Made by a program: the position numbers and the translations under genes
Virus record (IMG/VR): IMGVR_UViG_3300028131_000005
Location: 1-64,000 of that record
DNA: 64,000 nucleotides
Strand: one strand, 5' to 3'
Source of the DNA: a virus
Notes under the pieces: model-generated
Databases searched by the model: none
The model's input: only the letters and a program-made list of their open reading frames with translations
What the model was told of the DNA's origin: nothing
Shown: piece by piece, positions 55,170-62,694 of the stretch
Position numbering within the stretch: position 1 is the stretch's first letter
Layout: every line of letters begins with the position of its first letter

Positions 55170-58100
55170 GTGATGAAAAACAAATTTATAAATGAAAACA
55201 CATATTTAGATGCGTCTAATGATTTTGTAAAAGAATTAGAAAAATCAAAAATTTTAGCAGATAATATAGATGTTTCAGTTGGCCCTTCTCAATGGGGTAA
55301 ACCAGGAGAACTTAGATTTAGAGACCATGTTACATTAAGAGCAGCTGGAATAGAAACTGAGTTATACGTAATACCTAGAGGAAGTTACACTGAATTCGAA
55401 TTATATACCGATACTGGATATGATACAGGAAGAGAAGTAAAAGTAGGTGATGCTAAGACTATTATTAAAGCAATGAAAAGATACGTTAATAAAATGAATG
55501 AATCGATGGTTAATGAAGCTAAAGTCAAACTTCCTAAAGGAATTGTAAAGCATAAAGATATTCCAACTTGGGCTGGGTGGGTTGCACAGCATTCTGATGG
55601 AGAATGGACTTGGTACGAATCTTACCCTTTTGTCGTTAACTTTAAAGACGGTGGAGGTGCTTGGAAACAAGAAGAATCAGAAGGATATCAAATTTACACT
55701 GGAGTAAAAACAGACCCTAAAAACTGGAAAGAAGGCCCATATCGAGTAAGATATGATGGAGATGTTGTACTGAAAGAATCTAGACATGTAATGACATTAG
55801 AATCATTTGTAAATGAAGGTAAAGTTGATTGGAATATCATCGCAAAAGAAGTAGCAAATAGATTGAAAGAAGGTTCATGGCCATGGGCAATTAAAAATGG
55901 CGTAGAAAATATAACCACTGAAAATATCGGAAGTGTTCTTATAAGCGGTGGATATACTACTACTTCTGGTGTCGAAAAAAATATAGGAGGTGTTATTGAT
56001 AAAGTATTAGCTCTTGTCAAAGAATCATTTGTAAATGAAGAATTGCCTACACAAGAAATAGACCCAAATGCTTTTCAAAATCCTTACAAATCAGATAAGA
56101 ATTTCTTTAAAAGAGGTTATAAAGATGAAGAGGTAATGGACGATGTTGTTAAGACTAGACCTGTAAAAATACAAGCAAGCCAATTAAAACCATCACAAGA
56201 TGCAGTATATTTAGGAAAAGCACTTGGCATGGCTATTGGTGGTGTTGAAGGCGGAAATCTTGAAGCTGTTATATCACAAGACAATAGAATCTTAGATGGT
56301 CATCATAGATGGGCAGCTACTATCTTTAATAACCCTAAAGCAAGGGTAGGAGGGGTTCAAGCAGAACTTAAAATTGGAGATTTAGTACCAGTTCTTAGAC
56401 AAGCAGGAGATGCACTTGGAAATAAAAGAGGTCTTCCACCAAAAGGAGGAGACCAAAATATTTTCAAAGCAACTTTAGATGATGTCAAAGACGCTATATA
56501 TGATGGTAAATATATGAATCCTCAGTTTTATAACAGAGATAAAGCAATTGCTTGGTTTGAAGAGCAAGGTGAAAAGAAAATACAAAGTGCATTGAATCTT
56601 TTACAAAGAGTTGGTCCTCCAGCTGGAGCTCCACCAAGAGCAGATATGCCTAAGATTGAACCAGAACAGGTTCAACAAGTTGCAAAAAAACTACAAGGTG
56701 GTGCAATTGATGTAAGAGCACCCTATGTAAAAGAAGAGTTGAATCATTTAACTTCTTTAGAAAATTTTATAGATGAAAAGAAGCCAGGTCCAGATCCTTA
56801 CATGACCGGTTTAAGTGATGGCGACGAAGAGGATAAAGAGGAGCAAATGAAAAAGCAGGCTGCCATGGACGATGACGATCCAAATGCATATAAAGATATG
56901 CCAGGAGACAAAGAGGCCAGAGAAAAAGGCGACATGAAGAAATCAAAACATACTAGTGCGTATCATAAAAAATTCAAGAAAGTTAAAAGTCTTGAAGAGT
57001 TTGCAAATGATTGGGCGGTTATTAAAGAGGGATATAATGCAGATGCAGTCGCTCAAAATGTTGTAGTTGCGCTAGACAGCGCTGCCCAATTCTTTCCAAG
57101 ATATCAACCTGCTGAAGCAGAAGCAGAAGTAAAAGATGTATTGAAGAAATATAAAAAACTAAAGGGTAAAAATGCTGAAAAAGCAGCTAAAGAGATAAGA
57201 AACTCTTTAGAAGATAGAGGTTTATTAGCAAATGATGTTTTACCATTAGATGTAGAAATAATCATTATGGATAACCTTAATGAATCTAAAGTACATGAAG
57301 CTGCAACTGATAGATTTTTACAATCAGCAGCAAGAAACTTAGCAAAACAGATGAGAGGAAAATCTGCTAGCAGGACAACTCTTAAGAATCGATTAAATTC
57401 AATGCCATTGGCAAACATGCTTAAACCAGATGAATTGGAAAAGATTATTGATTATGCAATGGAGGAAATGGGATTAGCTGAATCAGTAAATGAAGGTACA
57501 GATGATGTTGTGTTTACAATAGATGATGGAAATTTAGATAATAAATTTTTAATGACTAAAAGTCTTTCCAGAAATCTAGACTATCAACATGACAGCGGAG
57601 ACCAATATTATGTTTTACCAAAAAGAGATTTTGATAGATTAGAAGACTATGCAGATTCTCATGGTTATGATACAGACACTATTTATGTAATTGAAGAATC
57701 AGTAAATGAAGAGAAAGACAATCTTTATTTACAACTACATAGAAAATATGCTCAACAAATCAAAGGACTTAAGGCTAAAAAGATTAAGAAATTAACTGAC
57801 TTAGTAAGTGTACAAAGATGGTCGATGGAATATAGAGAAGACTATTTCGATATGGATAAAAAGAAAAAGAAAGAACTTTCAGCGGAATATGATGAGGAAA
57901 GAAGGCTATTTAAGAAATATATGGCTAAAGACTATTCAGTAATGCTACCTAAAGGAACAGAAAGTCTTAGAGAATCCATCAATGAGGGAGAAATATCTGA
58001 TACATTCGATCTTATTTTAGATACTATTAATAAGTATAAGAAAATAAAACCAGTAAAGCCATATTTTAATGCAGATAGAAGAATGGCATTAAAATCTAAA

Positions 58101-58598
58101 GGACTTGAGAATTTAGAAGATATCCGTGACCATTTAGATAAAACTCTAAAAGATTTTACAGTTACGTCAATTTCTAAAGGCGATAATTATCCTTCGCAAG
58201 AAAGTTTTAGAGTAATTAATAAAAATAGAAAAATTTATTCTATTGCAATGGACCTTAAGGAACCTGGAGAATTTGATATTACATACTCAGACTTAAATGA
58301 ATCAGTTAATGAAGAGAAAGACCAAACTAACGATAAAAGCAAAATAGACGGTGAAGGTATAGAAACTGGTCTTAAGAAAAAGGCTGATGAAACTGGAGTT
58401 CCAATTGGAATTTTAAGAGTTATTATGAGAAGAGGAATGGCAGCTTGGAAAAGTGGTCACAGACCTGGAACTAATTCAACTCAATGGGGTTATGCTAGAG
58501 TAAATTCATTCTTAACAAAGGGTGATGGAACTTGGGGCAAAGCTGACAAAGATATGGCTAAAGAGGTAAGAGATGGTGGTCACGATAAAAAACTATAA
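55170..58598 (+). CDS. modular polyprotein-like ORF B (1142 aa), about 11 modules including a ParB/Srx-like domain
   Basis: About 10 ES(x)VNE-type junctions; ParB/Srx-like LKPSQ...ILDGHHRWAA; C-terminal RRGMAAWKSGHRPG...QWGYARVNSF domain; GATATATAA at 55138. Confidence 0.75.
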   Translation: MMKNKFINENTYLDASNDFVKELEKSKILADNIDVSVGPSQWGKPGELRFRDHVTLRAAGIETELYVIPRGSYTEFELYTDTGYDTGREVKVGDAKTIIKAMKRYVNKMNESMVNEAKVKLPKGIVKHKDIPTWAGWVAQHSDGEWTWYESYPFVVNFKDGGGAWKQEESEGYQIYTGVKTDPKNWKEGPYRVRYDGDVVLKESRHVMTLESFVNEGKVDWNIIAKEVANRLKEGSWPWAIKNGVENITTENIGSVLISGGYTTTSGVEKNIGGVIDKVLALVKESFVNEELPTQEIDPNAFQNPYKSDKNFFKRGYKDEEVMDDVVKTRPVKIQASQLKPSQDAVYLGKALGMAIGGVEGGNLEAVISQDNRILDGHHRWAATIFNNPKARVGGVQAELKIGDLVPVLRQAGDALGNKRGLPPKGGDQNIFKATLDDVKDAIYDGKYMNPQFYNRDKAIAWFEEQGEKKIQSALNLLQRVGPPAGAPPRADMPKIEPEQVQQVAKKLQGGAIDVRAPYVKEELNHLTSLENFIDEKKPGPDPYMTGLSDGDEEDKEEQMKKQAAMDDDDPNAYKDMPGDKEAREKGDMKKSKHTSAYHKKFKKVKSLEEFANDWAVIKEGYNADAVAQNVVVALDSAAQFFPRYQPAEAEAEVKDVLKKYKKLKGKNAEKAAKEIRNSLEDRGLLANDVLPLDVEIIIMDNLNESKVHEAATDRFLQSAARNLAKQMRGKSASRTTLKNRLNSMPLANMLKPDELEKIIDYAMEEMGLAESVNEGTDDVVFTIDDGNLDNKFLMTKSLSRNLDYQHDSGDQYYVLPKRDFDRLEDYADSHGYDTDTIYVIEESVNEEKDNLYLQLHRKYAQQIKGLKAKKIKKLTDLVSVQRWSMEYREDYFDMDKKKKKELSAEYDEERRLFKKYMAKDYSVMLPKGTESLRESINEGEISDTFDLILDTINKYKKIKPVKPYFNADRRMALKSKGLENLEDIRDHLDKTLKDFTVTSISKGDNYPSQESFRVINKNRKIYSIAMDLKEPGEFDITYSDLNESVNEEKDQTNDKSKIDGEGIETGLKKKADETGVPIGILRVIMRRGMAAWKSGHRPGTNSTQWGYARVNSFLTKGDGTWGKADKDMAKEVRDGGHDKKL

Positions 58599-58608
58599 TA
58601 TATAAGTT

Positions 58609-59001
58609 ATGAAAAAAGTAGTATTATTTGAACAATTTGTTAATGAGAACATTAACAAAAGAATTCCGGAATTCGTAGAAAAAATTAAAAACGCGGAGAC
58701 TGAATTCGATGCAAAAAATAAAAGGTCAGAGATACTTAAATTAGCTAAGAAATCTGGCGGAGAAACTATCGACCAAGATACTAAATTTACCTATTCTCCA
58801 GATGGTGAAATATTTGTCGTATATAAATATGAAGACCAAGATGCAGTAGATGCCTGGTTATATAAGGGTGAAGGATCTGAAAAGTCTAAAGAAAATCTAG
58901 TAAAGTCTATGGTATATGCTGAAACTGGAAGACCCGGTTATAGAGTAATGTCAGATGGCAGTAAAACAAAGATAGGTAAACACGGAGAAACAAAATATTA
59001 A
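58609..59001 (+). CDS. protein with leader MKKVVLFEQFVNE (candidate internal head protein)
   Basis: Leader shared at DNA level with 59006 and 60102. Confidence 0.65.
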   Translation: MKKVVLFEQFVNENINKRIPEFVEKIKNAETEFDAKNKRSEILKLAKKSGGETIDQDTKFTYSPDGEIFVVYKYEDQDAVDAWLYKGEGSEKSKENLVKSMVYAETGRPGYRVMSDGSKTKIGKHGETKY

Positions 59002-59005
59002 GATT

Positions 59006-60097
59006 ATGAGCAAAGTAGTATTATTTGAAAAATTTATAGAAGAAAGGTCAAATGCCGGGAGAGCATGGCAAGGAAGATTAGATAACGTAGACGATTTAAT
59101 GGCCTGGTTATATAGAAAAGATATTCTTTCAACACAGGATAAGATGGAAAAAGACAAGATATTTACCGGATATTATAGATTCTATAATGACGGAGATACA
59201 CCAGATTGGTTAAGAATAGATCGAAATGAAACTCCTGAAGAAGCATTAGAAGACGCTCTTGACAACTTTATTAAGGAAATACTTGCTAAATATGCTGGTA
59301 AATATGATAGAAACACATTTAGATACGATACTCTGTTATCTCAATTAAATACTTTAAAAAGTAATTTGAAAGATACTGCTACTCCGCAGTTTTCTCAATA
59401 CGACGTACATTCTTTTTTATATTTCTATAATAAAAATCCTAAAACTGGAAATGCAAAGTTTGATAAATCAGTTGTGCAGTTAGAAAAATTATTTAAAAAA
59501 TTCGAAAAAACAGCAGATGCTCAAATTGAAAAATATCTTAAAGATAGTAAAAAGAAAGAAGAATTTGGAGGAATATCTACAAATCTTATTTTAGGTGCTA
59601 AAGTTGAGAAAATGCTAGATGCAGGAATATGGAATGACAAAAACAAAAAAGAATATAAAGATATAGTTGAAGTGGGTGATAGACTTTATCAAATGATTGA
59701 AGAAATTATTGAAGGTATAAAAATGGCTCAGAAACTAGAAGAAGGTAATTATGAAGCATTAGACAAATCTACTTTAATTATGGAAAAGTCAAGTGGTAGA
59801 GACTTTATGAATTATGTGTTAGCACATAAAAAAGGAACAAGTGCTTTCAAACAATTTAAAATTTCAGATGAACATAGAAAAGAAATAATAGATATGTGTA
59901 TTGAAGTTATGGATGAAGTAGGAGATAAAGGTTCTTCTGTTCTTGGAAGCGGCTTATATATTAATGATGAAAAATTCTTAAGAGCATATTCACAAGGAAA
60001 TGTAGGACCTGAAAGAATTTACAATAAGGTTGAAGCATTTTTAAATAAAAACTATCCTAAATTAGATGTAAGAGTATCTAAAGGAAATATGGACTAA
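59006..60097 (+). CDS. two-module protein with leader MSKVVLFEKFIEE
   Basis: Leader as above; internal KLEE...LIMEK junction; YYRFYNDGD motif. Confidence 0.65.
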   Translation: MSKVVLFEKFIEERSNAGRAWQGRLDNVDDLMAWLYRKDILSTQDKMEKDKIFTGYYRFYNDGDTPDWLRIDRNETPEEALEDALDNFIKEILAKYAGKYDRNTFRYDTLLSQLNTLKSNLKDTATPQFSQYDVHSFLYFYNKNPKTGNAKFDKSVVQLEKLFKKFEKTADAQIEKYLKDSKKKEEFGGISTNLILGAKVEKMLDAGIWNDKNKKEYKDIVEVGDRLYQMIEEIIEGIKMAQKLEEGNYEALDKSTLIMEKSSGRDFMNYVLAHKKGTSAFKQFKISDEHRKEIIDMCIEVMDEVGDKGSSVLGSGLYINDEKFLRAYSQGNVGPERIYNKVEAFLNKNYPKLDVRVSKGNMD

Positions 60098-60101
60098 GAT
60101 T

Positions 60102-60683
60102 ATGAAAAAAGTAGTATTATTTGAACAATTTATAAAAGAAGCATCTAGGGGTAAATGGACTAAAATCGATCCTAAAAAAGATAAGGACCTAGATGACCAT
60201 TTTTACGATTTAATAAATGTTGCATATGCTGAAATAGGAGGCCATGTTAAAATCAATAAACCAGAAGACGTATTTGCTGATAAAGACTGGACTTTTTGGA
60301 GAGGAATAGACCTTCATGGTTCTCCAGACTTAGACCTTATTATTTGGGGTAAAGATACCAAGTATGGCGTTAAATTTGCAGGAGTCGGTCATGATGGTGA
60401 AAGAGACAGCAGAAAAGAATACTTAAATCATAAAGGCAGCGACCTTAAAAAACTAGGATATTATGGTGAAGTCTCTGGTAAACTAGCAGAAATTTTACTA
60501 ATTAAATATGGAGTTCCTGCAGTATCTGATGAAGCAGAAGTAGAAGCTGCTATTGGTGGTAAAAATGTCGAATGGCATGGACAACATCCTAAAGATAATA
60601 CTATTCCTGGAAATGGATGGTACAGCAGAAAAATAGGAGGTCAGATGCATACTAAGATACTTGTAGGTAGACCTAAAATATAA
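60102..60683 (+). CDS. protein with leader MKKVVLFEQFIKE (possible GNAT-like fold)
   Basis: Leader; YDLI..AYAEIGG...K.TKYG.K..G.GHDG...YSRKIGG..HTK..VG.P. Confidence 0.6.
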   Translation: MKKVVLFEQFIKEASRGKWTKIDPKKDKDLDDHFYDLINVAYAEIGGHVKINKPEDVFADKDWTFWRGIDLHGSPDLDLIIWGKDTKYGVKFAGVGHDGERDSRKEYLNHKGSDLKKLGYYGEVSGKLAEILLIKYGVPAVSDEAEVEAAIGGKNVEWHGQHPKDNTIPGNGWYSRKIGGQMHTKILVGRPKI

Positions 60684-60685
60684 AT

Positions 60686-61219
60686 ATGAAAGTTGTATAT
60701 TTACATGGTCTAGAGTCAACATCAAGGCCATCGAATCCTAAGATAAAATGGTTAAATGCCAATTTTGATGAGGTATATGCTCCCCAAATTGATTATAGAA
60801 ATGAAAAGACTTTCAAAGACCTTTTAGGTAAAATTAAGTCAATGAACCCAGATCTTATTATTGGTTCTTCAATGGGCGGATATTTTAGTTATATTATTGG
60901 AAGTACTCTTAAAATTAAAACATGTCTATTTAACCCAGCAGTTCATAGTAGAAGTATGGAACCTGCAGTTGATGATTCTAATAAAAAAGGAAATCAAAAT
61001 AATGTTTATTTAGGAGATAAAGATAGAGTAATTCCAGGAGATGGCGTTAAAAAATACTTTGCTTCACACGGCACGGGAACTTTTAAATATAGTTCTTACA
61101 AAGGAGGACACAGAGTACCTTATAATGTTTTCACTTCATCAATTGCTGAAGTAGCAGGCATAAAAGAGTCTTTACATATAATGCTATACGAAGAATATAA
61201 CCAGAGTAAACTAAAGTAA
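60686..61219 (+). CDS. alpha/beta hydrolase (YqiA/UPF0227 esterase-like) with a C-terminal linker-like tag
   Basis: YLHGLES, GSSMGG nucleophile elbow, NPA, D.VI, GGH. Confidence 0.85.
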   Translation: MKVVYLHGLESTSRPSNPKIKWLNANFDEVYAPQIDYRNEKTFKDLLGKIKSMNPDLIIGSSMGGYFSYIIGSTLKIKTCLFNPAVHSRSMEPAVDDSNKKGNQNNVYLGDKDRVIPGDGVKKYFASHGTGTFKYSSYKGGHRVPYNVFTSSIAEVAGIKESLHIMLYEEYNQSKLK

Positions 61220-61238
61220 CTTTAATAATATAATAGAT

Positions 61239-61778
61239 ATGAAATTTGTAAAATCATTCCAAGACTACAACAATGTATCAGAAGGTCTTAAACAACACGT
61301 AGAAGAGGGGTTAGATTTAACTAATTCTTTCTTTAGATTAGGAAGCGAGGCTTACACTAAATTGTTTGAAGAAGTAAAAGAATACTGGGATAAAGGTAAT
61401 ATTATTCTTAAAGGACCTAGCGGTTGGATGGCAAAAAACCTAGAAGTAGGTAAAAAAGCTGTTTATAAACCAAGAGGTGGAAATCAAATAAACGTAAAAT
61501 TAGATAGTCCAGAAAGAGGAGGAAAGGCTAAATTTAGAGTTTATAGAAATAGTGGTAGAACTGACAAAGAGGGTAATATTGTTGCAAAGATTGTTCAATG
61601 GGGCGATCCTAGTACTACTGTAAAAAATGACGATCCAGGTAGGGCTGCTAATTTTTGGGCTAGACATGGTTGTGATAAAAAGGAAAAGATGAATCCTGAT
61701 AAGGCTGGATTTTGGGCTTGTTATGGGCCAACTCTTTTTGGAAAGCAATTAGGTCTTAAATCAGATAACCCATGGTAG
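61239..61778 (+). CDS. conserved phage protein with leader MKFVKSFQDY...SE
   Basis: V.WGDP....KNDDP.R..NF.ARH.C.....KAGFWAC; a pattern seen in marine T4-like phages. Confidence 0.65.
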   Translation: MKFVKSFQDYNNVSEGLKQHVEEGLDLTNSFFRLGSEAYTKLFEEVKEYWDKGNIILKGPSGWMAKNLEVGKKAVYKPRGGNQINVKLDSPERGGKAKFRVYRNSGRTDKEGNIVAKIVQWGDPSTTVKNDDPGRAANFWARHGCDKKEKMNPDKAGFWACYGPTLFGKQLGLKSDNPW

Positions 61779-62128
61779 ATAAACCTTGTAAATGCCAAAC
61801 ATGTAAATGTGGTAAAGAAGAATGGGCTTCCATCGAAGAAAAGATGACTGACTTTACAAGACCTTTTACTGAAGACTTTATTGGCAAAAATAAAATCATA
61901 AGGAAATTCGATCCCAAAGCAGAAGACCATTTATTCAAATGGCATATTGACCCAGAATCTAGAATTATAAAGGCAACAGAAGAAAATGATTGGAAGTTTC
62001 AACTAGACAATCAATTGCCCGAAAAATTAGAAGTAAATAAATCAATATTAATTAATAAAGGAGAGTATCACAGACTTATTAAAGGTACAAATAAACTTGT
62101 TTTAGAAATAGAATTAATAGAAGAATGA
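61772..62128 (+). CDS. cupin-like protein
   Basis: WH.D...R......WKFQLDN.LP.....I.KGEYHRLIKG. Confidence 0.6.
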   Translation: MVDKPCKCQTCKCGKEEWASIEEKMTDFTRPFTEDFIGKNKIIRKFDPKAEDHLFKWHIDPESRIIKATEENDWKFQLDNQLPEKLEVNKSILINKGEYHRLIKGTNKLVLEIELIEE

Positions 62129-62655
62129 AAAGATTCTGGAGATGTTTATTAGGTATTGATAAGAATGGATTTAAAAAATATAAAATCCGTAAAAATAGAC
62201 ATAGGTCAGTTTGGAGAGCAAGAACTACGAAAAAAACAAATTTTAAACTTCAGGTAATTTTTGATGAGACTGCAAAATACAAGTCTAAAGACCCAATAAA
62301 CCAGTACGATATAAATAAATTATGGGGAATTAGTGATTGTGGTGAACACCACATGAGATGTTCTATTAGATTTGGTTGGAGATGGTTAAATGGAAATTTA
62401 GAACTTCATTGGTTCAAACATGAGGGTAGTGAATTTATTTTCGAAAAAATAAAAAATATAGAAATTGACAAACCAGTAAATTTAGAAATTGATATTATAG
62501 ATGGTTTCTATGTTGTGACAGTCGATAGAGTTTCTAAATACACGCCTAGACCCTGTTCTGGCAATTACATTAAATATAAATTATATCCTTATTTTGGAGG
62601 AGATGAAACAGCTCCACATAATATCAATATAAAGATAAAAGAAATGGACTGCTAA
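62125..62655 (+). CDS. hypothetical protein (concanavalin-like beta sandwich possible)
   Basis: DINKLWG.SD, S.RFGWRW, LYPYFGG.E.APH. Confidence 0.6.
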   Translation: MKRFWRCLLGIDKNGFKKYKIRKNRHRSVWRARTTKKTNFKLQVIFDETAKYKSKDPINQYDINKLWGISDCGEHHMRCSIRFGWRWLNGNLELHWFKHEGSEFIFEKIKNIEIDKPVNLEIDIIDGFYVVTVDRVSKYTPRPCSGNYIKYKLYPYFGGDETAPHNINIKIKEMDC

Positions 62656-62678
62656 TATTTTAACAGTCCATTCTTTTT
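62638..62678. terminator. probable bidirectional terminator between convergent genes
   Basis: AAAGAAATGGACTG...CAGTCCATTCTTTT inverted repeat. Confidence 0.55.
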
Positions 62679-62694
62679 AAGATTTATTCAGATA

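Noticed and set aside
55170-58598. Diversity-generating retroelement explaining the repeats
   Set aside because: Repeats are only 16-24 nt, there is no ~100 bp TR/VR pair with adenine-specific mismatches, and there is no reverse transcriptase in the window.
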